From: Paraburkholderia sp.
Lineage (GTDB): Bacteria; Pseudomonadota; Gammaproteobacteria; Burkholderiales; Burkholderiaceae
DNA length: 64,000 bases
Direction: 5' to 3'
NCBI GenBank assembly: GCA_035277805.1
Contig: DATEJU010000128.1
Span: 4,395 to 68,394, forward strand
Numbering within the stretch: the stretch's first letter is position 1; each line of letters starts with the position of its first letter. This document shows, piece after piece, positions 49,790 through 59,530 of this stretch. The notes beneath the pieces were generated by a model. That model made no database searches and was not told the origin of the DNA. It saw only the letters and a program-made list of their open reading frames with translations. A program made the translations under genes and the position numbers.

Positions 49790-50593
49790 ATGAACACGTT
49801 GAAGAACAACGTGCCCCAAGTGAGCGGGGCGGCAAACACACCCGTCATCGGGGGCACGCGGTACAAGGAAGTGAAAAACGGCATCCTCGCCGCCCTGGCG
49901 GCGAAGGAATGGAAAGGCGGCGAGGCGATACCTTCAGAGAAGCGCCTTTCGGAGCGCTTTGGCGTGTCGATCGGGACGCTGCGCAAGGCGATCGACGATC
50001 TCGTGGCGGACAACATCCTCGTGCGCCACCAGGGGCTCGGCACGTTCGTCGCCCAGCACCAGCGCGACCGCTATTTCTTCCGTTTTTTCCGCGTGGTGCG
50101 CCAGGACGGCGACAAGACCTATCCCACGGTGGAGCTCATGTCGTTCACGAAGGCGAAGGCAACGCGGGAAGTCGCCACGATGCTCGGCATCGAACCGAAC
50201 GCGCGAGTCTTCTCGTTTGTGAATCGCCTGGCGTTACACGGCGAGCCTGTCATGGTCGACAGCATCACCGTGGCCGAAGAGCGTTTTCCAGGCCTGAGCG
50301 AAGCGGCGCTACGCGAGCGGCCCAGCACGCTTTACAACTTCTACCAGGACGCGTTCCACATCAATGTGGTCGGAACCGAAGAGCGGTTGCGCGTCGCCAC
50401 GGCCAACGACGTCGATGCCGAATTGCTCGTCGTGGCGCCTGGCACGCCGTTGCTTGAGGTTCGGCGCGTTGCCTACTCTTATCACCAGGCGCCGGTCGAG
50501 CTACGCATTTCGCACGTGAATACGGCGCGCTACGAATATGTCGGCCCTTCTGCTTCGCACGAAGAGCCGCTCCAGGTCCATCAGGTGCGTTAG
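49790..50593 (+). CDS. GntR-family regulator (HutC/UTRA subfamily), probable suy regulator
   Basis: IPSEKRL..RFGVSIGTLRKAI, QGLGTFV; UTRA domain. Confidence 0.92.
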   Translation: MNTLKNNVPQVSGAANTPVIGGTRYKEVKNGILAALAAKEWKGGEAIPSEKRLSERFGVSIGTLRKAIDDLVADNILVRHQGLGTFVAQHQRDRYFFRFFRVVRQDGDKTYPTVELMSFTKAKATREVATMLGIEPNARVFSFVNRLALHGEPVMVDSITVAEERFPGLSEAALRERPSTLYNFYQDAFHINVVGTEERLRVATANDVDAELLVVAPGTPLLEVRRVAYSYHQAPVELRISHVNTARYEYVGPSASHEEPLQVHQVR

Positions 50594-50618
50594 CCGGGAC
50601 TCGATCTGACAGGTAGTC

Positions 50619-50670
50619 GGGCCGATAAAGAATGAGCCATCAATGTTGCGATAAGGCTTTTTATCGGCCC
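50619..50670. terminator. Stem-loop downstream of gntR
   Basis: 11-bp inverted repeat GGGCCGATAAA/TTTATCGGCCC plus inner AGCC/GGCT pairing. Confidence 0.4.
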
Positions 50671-50787
50671 AGTTGCATTCCGCCCACGCAGCGCCGCGCG
50701 AGGAGCGGCCCCGGTTCCGTCCTTCGACCGGCATGGCTCCGTGGCGGGTGGCAACAGACGACGGCGGATTCAACCGGTCGGCGCGTC

Positions 50788-50975
50788 TGTAGTGATCAAC
50801 CAATCCCGGACACTGCGTTAAGTTTTTCTTCCGCGACAGCCGGCGCCAGTCCGTCATTGAACTGATGCGGCCGTATCCAGTTGTACCGGTGCATCAAGTC
50901 GTGGCTGATATCCCGGTGTGCTTCCTGCGCCGACATGTACCCCACTGACGGCAGCCATTCCGTCTTGATGCTGCG
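50788..50975 (-). mobile_element. IS3-family insertion sequence remnant (right end: transposase C-terminus plus terminal IR)
   Basis: Minus frame RSIKTEWLPSVGYMSAQEAHRDISHDLMHRYNWIRPHQFNDGLAPAVAEEKLNAVSGIG* (KTEW and YNxxRPH of IS3 OrfB); terminal TGTAGTGATCAACCAATCCCGGACAC at 50788-50813. Confidence 0.85.
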
Positions 50976-51312
50976 TCACGAGGAGTCCGGGCTATCGCCA
51001 GCTAACGCCGGTGTGAGCTCAAAGCTTGCGCGGCTTCACCCATCTTTGCGCCGCACGATTTGATCAGTTATCCGATTTAATCCGAAAGATCGGCCTGCCA
51101 TCGAAGCACCGATGTCGCGACGGCACGTTCATGCCCTACAGAAACACACCCTCCCCAACGGCACAAGCTCATTTTCTGAAAAACTGGCTTTCGCGAACAG
51201 AGACCGTGTTCCGATTTCTGGATTCATAGACTCTCCGTGCGCTTACGTCCCGGATGGCGTGACGCGTGAAGCGCAGTGTCGAATCAACCCGTCTCACAAG
51301 GTTCCTAAATCC

Positions 51313-52464
51313 ATGAATAGAAAACTCAAGCTGCTCGCGGCGCTAATCACGCTCTGTGCCGGCGGACACGCGTATGCGCAAAGCAGCATCACGTTGTATG
51401 GCCTTCTCGACGAAGGTCTCAACTTCACGAACAACGCCGGCAACGGCAAGGCGCTCCAGGTCAAGAGCGGCGATGTGGTGGGCAGCCGCTGGGGCCTCAA
51501 AGGCGCCGAAGATCTCGGCGGCGGCACCAAGGCGATCTTCGACCTCGAAAGCGGATTCAACACCAGCAACGGCGAACTGGGCCAGGGCGGCCTCATGTTC
51601 GGCCGGCAGGCGTATGTCGGTCTTTCGTCGGGCACTTACGGAACGCTGACGTTCGGCCGGCAATATGATCCGACAATTGACTTCTTCAGCGCGTTGACCG
51701 CATCAGGAAACTGGGCAGGCGATGTCGGCGCGACCCCGTTCGACAACGACAACTCGGACTGGGATTTCCGCGTCAACAATTCCGTCAAGTACGTTTCGCC
51801 GACCATCGCCGGCTTCACCGGCGAAGCGATGTACGGCTTCAGCAACACCGCCGGCGGGTTCGCGGACAACCGCCTCGTCAGCGCGGCGGGCCAGTACCAG
51901 AACGGCGGCCTGAGCGCCGCCGTCGCGTACATGAAGATCGACAACCCGGGCGCGGGCACGGCCGGCGCCGTCACCGACGACACGGTGTTCAGCGGCGCGT
52001 CGCAGGAGAACATCGACGCCGCCGTCGGCTACAAGTGGCAGAAGGTCTTCGTCGCGTTCGACTACTCGCACACGCAGATCGATTCGCCGACGGGCAACGC
52101 CTATCTCAGCGGCTCGATCGCGCCGCCGAGCGGTAACTGGAGCGCGTGGAAGTTCGACAACTTCTCGGTGAACGGGCAGTACTATTTCCAGCCGGACTTC
52201 TGGCTCGGCGCCGCCTATACGTACACGATGGGCAAGCTCGATTCGACGGGCGGCGATTACAGTCCGCGCTGGCATCAGGTTTCGCTGATGCTCGACTATG
52301 ACCTCAGCGCACGCACGTCGCTGTATGTGCAGGGCGCGTACCAGCACGTCGAAAGCGCGCATACCGGCACGCAGTTCGACGATGCGCAGATCCTCGCGGC
52401 ACCGTCGGCATCGTCGTCGCCGAATCAGATGGTCTATCGCGTGGCAATGATTCACCGCTTCTGA
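51313..52464 (+). CDS. Gram-negative general porin (Burkholderia OpcP-like)
   Basis: AQSSITLYG, SRWGLKGAEDLGGG, FGRQAYVGL, C-terminal HRF. Confidence 0.95.
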   Translation: MNRKLKLLAALITLCAGGHAYAQSSITLYGLLDEGLNFTNNAGNGKALQVKSGDVVGSRWGLKGAEDLGGGTKAIFDLESGFNTSNGELGQGGLMFGRQAYVGLSSGTYGTLTFGRQYDPTIDFFSALTASGNWAGDVGATPFDNDNSDWDFRVNNSVKYVSPTIAGFTGEAMYGFSNTAGGFADNRLVSAAGQYQNGGLSAAVAYMKIDNPGAGTAGAVTDDTVFSGASQENIDAAVGYKWQKVFVAFDYSHTQIDSPTGNAYLSGSIAPPSGNWSAWKFDNFSVNGQYYFQPDFWLGAAYTYTMGKLDSTGGDYSPRWHQVSLMLDYDLSARTSLYVQGAYQHVESAHTGTQFDDAQILAAPSASSSPNQMVYRVAMIHRF

Positions 52465-52613
52465 TCGACGTTCTAACCACCACGCGTCAATCGGCGCCCT
52501 GATCGTGCGAGCCGCATGGTCAGGGCCTGAAACGCCAAGATCGTCTGCCACATCGGCACGGGATTCGCGTACATGGGGGGTTGATTCGAAACGAAATTTA
52601 TACAGGGCCATAA

Positions 52614-52667
52614 GGCAGACGCGGCAGACGCGGCAGACGCGGCAGACGCGGCAGACGCGGCAGACGC
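52614..52667. repeat. Intergenic 9-bp tandem repeat (VNTR)
   Basis: GGCAGACGC x6, perfect. Confidence 0.95.
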
Positions 52668-52737
52668 GCGCCAGGCACGGTGCGGCGTCCGCCACAGGGC
52701 ATGATCGCCTATGCAAACAGCAAAATGGGGGATGAGA

Positions 52738-53583
52738 TCAGTCCGTCAATGGCACGGTTTCACGCTCGTCTGCCTCAAACCAGGCGGGATTGCGAGCCGC
52801 AATCGGCCCAAACGTCACCAGGATTTCACGCAGATGCGCCCGCATTGCTGCTTCGGCGGCATCAGGGTCGTGGGCGCGCAAGGCGGCGAGGATTTTCGCG
52901 TGCTGCTTGATGAGATGATCGAGCGGAGAGTCATCCGGAAGACTCAGATAGCGCACCCGATCCATCTGCGCCTTGATGTCCTGGATCGCATCCCATGCCG
53001 CGGCGCAATCGATCGTCTGTGCGATCGTGCAATGGAACGCTTCGTCGAGCGCAAGAAACGCAGCCGTGTCGTTCGCTTTCGCGGCAACGCGTTGATCGCG
53101 CAGATTGTCGGCGAGTTGCTTGAGCTGCCCGTCGGTTATGTGCTGCGCCGCCTTGCGCACGACGGCCGTTTCAATCGCCTCGCGAATAAAGCGTCCTTCG
53201 CGTACGCGCCGCGGAGAAATGCGCTTCACGAAGGTGCCGCGCTGCGGAAGCACCTGAAGCACACCCGCTTCGACGAGCTTGATGAATGCCTCGCGTACGG
53301 GCTGACGTGAGACGTGGAACATGTCGGAGACTTCCTTCTCCGAAAGCGGTGTACCGGGCACCATCTGTCCGGCGAAGATTGCCTGGCGCAACGCACGGTA
53401 AATCTGGCGCGTAATCGGCTCGGGCGCATCCGTCGACACCTGCGAGCGCAGATCGGGCAGCGCCCCCAAGTCCTGTTCGATCGCTCCGGCCCGGCGACGC
53501 GCGCGCTTCGGCGGCGCCGTGCTGGCAAGTTCGGCACTCCCGGCGTTGATCAAAATGGCGTTGTCGGATTTTGTTGCTTTCAT
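52738..53583 (-). CDS. GntR-family regulator (FCD domain), RspR/YdfH-like
   Basis: LSEKEVSDMFHVSRQPVREAF, PQRGTFV, LDEAFH, MDRVRYLSL; start uncertain. Confidence 0.9.
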   Translation of the reverse strand: MKATKSDNAILINAGSAELASTAPPKRARRRAGAIEQDLGALPDLRSQVSTDAPEPITRQIYRALRQAIFAGQMVPGTPLSEKEVSDMFHVSRQPVREAFIKLVEAGVLQVLPQRGTFVKRISPRRVREGRFIREAIETAVVRKAAQHITDGQLKQLADNLRDQRVAAKANDTAAFLALDEAFHCTIAQTIDCAAAWDAIQDIKAQMDRVRYLSLPDDSPLDHLIKQHAKILAALRAHDPDAAEAAMRAHLREILVTFGPIAARNPAWFEADERETVPLTD

Positions 53584-53717
53584 CGTGTGTTGCGATCAGA
53601 TGGGTAGCGAGATGCAGGTTGCGGTAGTCCGCCCGCGCTGAACTTCATCACCATACTGCAATGTTTCATTATAGTGCCCGACTCGCTGAAAATCGCCTAT
53701 CGACGGCCATCGGCACA

Positions 53718-54680
53718 CTACCGACGCGCGGCGGGCGAGCCCCCGGCAATCGTCGTCACTGCGATGATCAGCCCACCGTACACGACCGCGCGCAGTCCTG
53801 CGCCCGCGCCGCTCGCGTTCAGCAGCGCGTTGATCAGAAACAGGAAACACGCCGCGCCCCAGACGCCGGTCGGGCTCGCACGGCCGCCGGAAACCTGCGT
53901 GCCACCGATTACCACGACAGCGACTGATAGCAGCATGTAGTCCGCGCCCATGTCGAGCGTCGCGCCGCCCGCGAACGCGGCCAGCAGCAGCGCGGCCAGC
54001 GCGACGAGCACCGAACAGCTCACGTAGGTCGCGCAGCGCACGCGCTCCACCCGCACGCCGGCGAGATTCGCCGCCCGCGCGTTCTGGCCGACGGCGGACA
54101 GGCTGCGCCCCGGCACGAGGCGAAACAGCACGACGGCGATCACGATCGTCGCGCCCAGCGCGACGAAGGCGAGACCGGACACACCCTCGATGTGGCTCAG
54201 CGCGAAGTTCTCGAGCATCGGCGGCGGCGCCGCGCTGCCGCGTCCGAGACTGATCGCGACCGACTGCAGCACGAAGCTCGACGACAGCGTCGCGATGATC
54301 GGCGGAATGCGTAGCAGCCGGATCAGCGCGTAGTTGAACAAGCCAATGCCGATCCCGACACCGATCGCAGCGCCGATACCGAGCAGCAACGCACCGTCGT
54401 GCGCGCTCATCACACGCATCGCCACGCCGCCGGACAGTGCGATCGTCGCGGGAATCGACAGGTCGATGTTGCCCGGGCCGCTCGTCACGACGAGCATCTG
54501 CCCGAGCCCCACGAGCACGGTGAACACGACGAACGCTGAGGCCGCCGACAGCATGTTCCCGGCTGTGACCGCGCCGAAAGCGCTCATCGCCGCGATGCCG
54601 ACCACGACCGCACCGGCTACCGACCAAAGCCAGGGCAGCTCGCGCATGCGAGCGATGAATCCGTTGTCGATGACTTTCAT
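53718..54680 (-). CDS. Sugar ABC transporter permease
   Basis: GNIDLS, PPIIATL, AVGQN, AVVVIGGT. Confidence 0.92.
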   Translation of the reverse strand: MKVIDNGFIARMRELPWLWSVAGAVVVGIAAMSAFGAVTAGNMLSAASAFVVFTVLVGLGQMLVVTSGPGNIDLSIPATIALSGGVAMRVMSAHDGALLLGIGAAIGVGIGIGLFNYALIRLLRIPPIIATLSSSFVLQSVAISLGRGSAAPPPMLENFALSHIEGVSGLAFVALGATIVIAVVLFRLVPGRSLSAVGQNARAANLAGVRVERVRCATYVSCSVLVALAALLLAAFAGGATLDMGADYMLLSVAVVVIGGTQVSGGRASPTGVWGAACFLFLINALLNASGAGAGLRAVVYGGLIIAVTTIAGGSPAARR

Positions 54681-55645
54681 TGACGACCTCCACGCTTGCG
54701 GAATACGAGCCGCAGCGACAGCACGATGATCAGGATCAGGCCCTGCAAACCGATTTGCCATTCAGGCGCAATCTGCAAAAAAGACAGGAATGACGACGCC
54801 AGCGTCAGCGTGATTGCGCCGAGCACTGCGCCGAACGCGGAGACCCGGCCGCCGACGAACTCGCCGCCACCGAGAATCACACCAGCGATGGACAGGAGCG
54901 TGTAGCGCAAAGCAATGTTCGCATCGGCGGAAGTCGTCAGGCCGAGCAGCGCGAGCCCCGAGAACACGCCGAACAGGCCCGCGCAGCCGAACAGCAGCGC
55001 CTTCGCGCCGACGATCGACCAGCCGAAGCGGCGCATCGCATGTGCATTGCCGCCGACACCACGCAGCGCCACGCCCGCGGACGACCGCATCAGCAGCAGA
55101 TGCGCGACGAGCGCAATGCCCCCCGTCCAGACGAGCGGCGCGGGGATCACCGGCGACTGAAAGCCCATCAGCGTCGACAGCCATGCAGGGCTGGTACCGC
55201 CCGGCGAGGGCAGAAGCAGCACCGCGAGCCCGTTCCAGATGAACGACAAGCCAAGCGTAACGACGACCGATGAAATCCGCCGCCATTCGATCAACGCGCC
55301 GACCAGCGCATACAGGACGACGCAGCCCGCGAGCGCGAGCGCGCCGAGCCACGGCGTCTTGACCAGCAGTGTCGAGCCGATACACGCAACGAGACTGACG
55401 AACGAACCGATCGACAGATCGAGCTCGTTCGCGGTGATCACCGCGAGTTGCGACAGCGTCGCGAGAACGATCGGCACTCCGAGATTCAGCAGCATCACCA
55501 TGCCGAAGTAGCTCAGCGTGTTCGGCTGGATGATCGCCATCGGTACGAGTACCGCGAGCAGCGATACGCACGGTAGCGCGGCGCGCAGGTCCACGCTGCG
55601 CCTGGTTCGGGCTGAAGCCGCGTTGGCGGCCGTCGTCATATTCAT
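54677..55645 (-). CDS. Sugar ABC transporter permease
   Basis: ELDLSIG, VVVTLG, SIAGVILGG. Confidence 0.92.
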   Translation of the reverse strand: MNMTTAANAASARTRRSVDLRAALPCVSLLAVLVPMAIIQPNTLSYFGMVMLLNLGVPIVLATLSQLAVITANELDLSIGSFVSLVACIGSTLLVKTPWLGALALAGCVVLYALVGALIEWRRISSVVVTLGLSFIWNGLAVLLLPSPGGTSPAWLSTLMGFQSPVIPAPLVWTGGIALVAHLLLMRSSAGVALRGVGGNAHAMRRFGWSIVGAKALLFGCAGLFGVFSGLALLGLTTSADANIALRYTLLSIAGVILGGGEFVGGRVSAFGAVLGAITLTLASSFLSFLQIAPEWQIGLQGLILIIVLSLRLVFRKRGGRQ

Positions 55646-57138
55646 GCGGGAACCTCGTCGAAACTCGCGGCCAGCAACGCGTCCTCGGTGCATTCGATTG
55701 CATCGAGCACGCGCGTCACGTGACCCGCGCGGAAAACATAAGTCTTGTCGCAGTACGCGAATTCATCGTTCTCGGTCGTGTACCAGACGAACGTGCGGCC
55801 CTTCGCGGCTTCGGCCTGCAGCAGCGTATAGATTTCGAGCTTGGTGCCGATATCGACGCCGCGCATCGGATCGTCCATCAGCACCAGTTCAGCGTCCGAC
55901 GCGAGCGCGCGCGCGAACAGTACCTTTTGCTGGTTGCCGCCGGACAGCGCGAGAATCGGCGCGGACGGGCCGGCGCCGCGGATGTTGATCCGCGCCTTCC
56001 ATGTATCGAACAACGCGCGCAAGCCTTCGCGGTCGACCCACGTTGGGCTCTTGCCGTCATACAGGGAGCGGATGTCGAAGTTTTCCGCGATGCTCCAATC
56101 GGCGAACACGCCATCGGCGCGGCGGTCGCCGGCGACGAACGCAACCGTCTGGTGCGAGCCGCGCTTGCGGGCCCGCGCGTAGATCGCGAGCAGCGCGTCG
56201 GTCTGCCCCTGCCCCGCGAGTCCCGCAAAGCCGACGATGCTGCCGCGCGCCGCCTCGATCCTGGTGCGCCCACGCGCACCCAGCTGCCAGCTGAACGCGC
56301 TGCCGCCCGCAGCCGATTTCGCCGCGCGTTGCGGCGCGGGCTCGGCTGCTTCGGTGAACTGGCCCATCGCGCGGATGATGTGCTCCTTCTCCAGATTCGA
56401 CGCGGGCAGCGTCGATACGATTTTGCCGTCGCGCATCACCATCACGCGGTCGGCGCTTTGCAGCATCTCCTCGAGCATGTGCGTGATCAGGATGCAGCTG
56501 ATGCCCTTGGCCGCGCAGGCGCGGATATGGGCGAGCAATTGCTGCGCGGTATAGCGATCGAGGCTCGACGTCGGTTCATCGAGAATCACGAGCCGCACCG
56601 GGGCGTCCACCTGCGCGAACCCGCGCGCGATTTCAACCATCTGCTGCTGCGTCAGCGACAGATCGCCGACGATGTCCGTGCCGCGCAGCCCATGGCCCGG
56701 AAATATCGCGTCGAGCTCCGCCTCGATGATCCGCCGCGCCCGCCTGCGCCATCCGAAGCCACGCAACTGCGGATGCACCGCGCGCATGTTTTCCTCGATG
56801 GTCAGGTTCGGACACAGCGACAGCTCCTGGAACACGCAGCGAATCCCGAGCGCGCGGGCGGTCGCGGCTTCGAAACCGTTCGCGTGGCGTTCGCCGTCGA
56901 TCTCGATCGCGCCTTCGCTCGCGCGCCGGGCTCCCGACAGAACGGACATCAATGTCGATTTGCCCGCGCCGTTGTGCCCGGCAATCGCGACGCATTCGCC
57001 GGCGGCGAAGTCGAAGTCGGCGCCCTGCAATGCCCGCACCGCGCCGAACGACACCGCGAGCCCGCGAACAGCCAACAGCGTGGGCAGTTGAGCATGAATG
57101 TGCGGCACGTCCAGCACGATGCTTCCGGAGTGATTCAT
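55642..57138 (-). CDS. Sugar ABC transporter ATP-binding protein (two domains)
   Basis: GHNGAGKST, LDEPTSSL, LSGGNQQK, DDPMRGVD. Confidence 0.94.
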   Translation of the reverse strand: MNHSGSIVLDVPHIHAQLPTLLAVRGLAVSFGAVRALQGADFDFAAGECVAIAGHNGAGKSTLMSVLSGARRASEGAIEIDGERHANGFEAATARALGIRCVFQELSLCPNLTIEENMRAVHPQLRGFGWRRRARRIIEAELDAIFPGHGLRGTDIVGDLSLTQQQMVEIARGFAQVDAPVRLVILDEPTSSLDRYTAQQLLAHIRACAAKGISCILITHMLEEMLQSADRVMVMRDGKIVSTLPASNLEKEHIIRAMGQFTEAAEPAPQRAAKSAAGGSAFSWQLGARGRTRIEAARGSIVGFAGLAGQGQTDALLAIYARARKRGSHQTVAFVAGDRRADGVFADWSIAENFDIRSLYDGKSPTWVDREGLRALFDTWKARINIRGAGPSAPILALSGGNQQKVLFARALASDAELVLMDDPMRGVDIGTKLEIYTLLQAEAAKGRTFVWYTTENDEFAYCDKTYVFRAGHVTRVLDAIECTEDALLAASFDEVPA

Positions 57139-57190
57139 CCGTGTGGCCCCAAACGGATTGCAAAAACGGCTCGCGAGGAGCCGCGCGCGC

Positions 57191-58225
57191 TTACTTCCTG
57201 GCGCCCTGCACCATGTCGACCACCTGTTCGCGCGAGAACACGTTGCTCGCGACCGTGCCAGGCGCGGTCTTTGACAGAACGGTGGGCAGCGATTGCGGCG
57301 TGACGGTCAGCGTCGGCAGCGACATGTCGTGCGGCAGCTTGTTGCCGGCGAGAATCTGCTGCGCGGCCCAGAACGCGAACGTCGACGAACCCGGGTCGGC
57401 CGCGATCGACATCGTCTTGTAATTGGCGGTGCCCTGCTGCTGCCACCACGCCAGCTCTTCCTGACGATTGCCGAGGATGATGATCGGCTCCTTGCGGCCT
57501 GCCCCGCGAAACGCCTGCGCGACGCCATAACCGTCACCGCCCTGCGTAACGACACCGTCGACTTGTGGCAGCGAAGGCAGAATGCCCGCGACTTCCTTTT
57601 GCGCGACCGTCTGCGTCCATTGACCGTACACCGAGCCGACGATCTTCATGTCCGGGTACTTCTTTAGTTCATCGACGATGCCCTGATGAATCTCATCGTC
57701 CACCGACACGCCAGCGAGCCCGCGAACTTCGAGCAGGTTGCCTTTGCCGTTCAACTGTTTCGCAAGGAAATCGACCTGCTCCGCACCCATCTTGTGGAAG
57801 TCAGCGGCGATGCGATACGCGCACGGCTCGGTCACGATGCCGTCAAACGAGACCACGACGACGCCCGCGGCGCACGCCTGCTTGATCGAACCATTGAGCG
57901 CGGTCGGCGACGCGGCGTTGATCACGATCGCCTTATAGCCCTGCAGCACGAGGTTCTGAATCTGTTGCGCCTGCTCGGTCGCCTGGTTCTCGGCGGTTGT
58001 GAATGCCGGCGCATCGGCGACGAGTCCATCCTTCTTCGCCTGCGCCGCCACCTCGGCCCAGCTCTTCAGCTGCTGCTGGCGAAACGTGTTGCCCGCGTAG
58101 CTGTTCGACAAGGCGATTTTGTCTTTCGACGTATCGCCGTTCGCGACAGCAGCCGAAGCCGTCGCGCTGGCTGCGACGAGCGCGAGTACCGCGAGCTTTG
58201 CTACACGAATAGAGGTGAATGCCAC
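57191..58225 (-). CDS. Sugar ABC transporter substrate-binding protein
   Basis: Signal peptide, SNSYAGNTFRQQ, VVSFDG; GTG start after AAGGAG. Confidence 0.92.
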   Translation of the reverse strand: MAFTSIRVAKLAVLALVAASATASAAVANGDTSKDKIALSNSYAGNTFRQQQLKSWAEVAAQAKKDGLVADAPAFTTAENQATEQAQQIQNLVLQGYKAIVINAASPTALNGSIKQACAAGVVVVSFDGIVTEPCAYRIAADFHKMGAEQVDFLAKQLNGKGNLLEVRGLAGVSVDDEIHQGIVDELKKYPDMKIVGSVYGQWTQTVAQKEVAGILPSLPQVDGVVTQGGDGYGVAQAFRGAGRKEPIIILGNRQEELAWWQQQGTANYKTMSIAADPGSSTFAFWAAQQILAGNKLPHDMSLPTLTVTPQSLPTVLSKTAPGTVASNVFSREQVVDMVQGARK

Positions 58226-58321
58226 AGTCGTCTCCTTGATCTCTGAATTTACGGTCGCAATTGCTCCCGTGCGGACCGTTCCATTTGCGGCCGGTCAGTG
58301 ATGAAATAATAGACTTCGACC

Positions 58322-58340
58322 TACTACCATACAAGTAGGT
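58322..58340. promoter_or_regulatory. Operator shared with the manD promoter
   Basis: TACTACCATACAAGTAGGT; 17/19 identical to 63232-63250. Confidence 0.7.
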
Positions 58341-58411
58341 AGTTTTCCTGAACCGCTGTGCCGACACACGCGCGTAACCTTCGATTTGCCTGAACCTTGC
58401 GAGGAGACCTC

Positions 58412-59530
58412 ATGAAGCAACGCAAAGACGCGCTGGTATTCGTCGGCAGTTTGAATCGACCAGTGCCGCACTTCACCGCCGCGAATGGCCGCGGCATCAC
58501 CACGCTTGCCCTCGACGAATCGACCGGCAAGCTGCGGCGCCTCGCCGAGCTGGGCGGCATGGACAATCCGACCTATCTCGCGGTGCTTCCGTCGCGCGGA
58601 ATGCTGTATGCGACAAGCGAGGTTTTTGGCGCTGCGGACGGCTCGGTTCGCGCCTACGCGTACGAACACGCAACCGGCTCGCTCGTGCCACAAGGCGATC
58701 GGCAGTCGACGCGCGGCAGTCTCAGCGCTCACTGCTCGACCGATCGCGACGGACGGTATGTGTTCGTCGCCAATTATGCGCATGAGACGCGCGACGAAAA
58801 GCCGGGCCGCCACGTAGTCGCGTATGCAATCCAGCCTGACGGAGCGCTGTCCGCAACCATCAGCGAGCACGCGCACAGCGGCGCCGGCCCGCACGCCGAC
58901 CGACAAGGGGTCCCGCATGCGCATTGTGTCGCCGCGGCGCCGGACAATCGCTTTGCGCTGGTGACCGATCTCGGCACCGACTCGGTGGCAAGCTATCGGA
59001 TCGACCCGGCCGGAAGCGGCTTGCTGCCACCGGCAACCGAGCCGCTACGTCTGGCGCCGGGAAGCGGCCCCCGTCATCTCGTCTTTCATCCGTTGCTCGA
59101 TTGCGTGTATGTCGTCAACGAGCTGGACAACACGCTGTACCGCCTCGGCTATACGCGCACGGATGGCACGCTGTGCCTGCAACAGACAATCGACGCGCTG
59201 CCCGCCGCCAGCACGCCGAGCTACGCCGCGGATATCGCGGTTTCGAACGACGGCCGCTTCCTGTACGCGTCGTTCCGGGGCGCGGACTGCATCGTCGTAT
59301 TCGCGCTCGCTTCCGACGGCGCGATCGCCAAACGGGCCGCACTGTACCCGAGCGGGGGCAGGACGCCGCGCAGCTTCGCGCTGTCGCCGTCGAACCGCTT
59401 TCTGCTCGCGGCCAATCAGGACAGCGACAACCTCGTCGTGTGGCGGCTCGATGAGACGAGCGGATGTGTCGTCGACAAGGTCGATGAGCTCAGCATGGGC
59501 ACGCCGATGTGCGTGAAAGTCATCGCGTAA
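58412..59530 (+). CDS. Lactonase, 7-bladed beta-propeller (Pgl/YbhE family)
   Basis: NPTYL, VANY, RQGVPHAH, DLGTD, GSGPRH, TPRSF, ANQDSD. Confidence 0.92.
   Translation: MKQRKDALVFVGSLNRPVPHFTAANGRGITTLALDESTGKLRRLAELGGMDNPTYLAVLPSRGMLYATSEVFGAADGSVRAYAYEHATGSLVPQGDRQSTRGSLSAHCSTDRDGRYVFVANYAHETRDEKPGRHVVAYAIQPDGALSATISEHAHSGAGPHADRQGVPHAHCVAAAPDNRFALVTDLGTDSVASYRIDPAGSGLLPPATEPLRLAPGSGPRHLVFHPLLDCVYVVNELDNTLYRLGYTRTDGTLCLQQTIDALPAASTPSYAADIAVSNDGRFLYASFRGADCIVVFALASDGAIAKRAALYPSGGRTPRSFALSPSNRFLLAANQDSDNLVVWRLDETSGCVVDKVDELSMGTPMCVKVIA

Noticed and set aside
52614..52667. Repeat array as a possible CRISPR
   Set aside because: 9-bp units with no spacers and no cas genes
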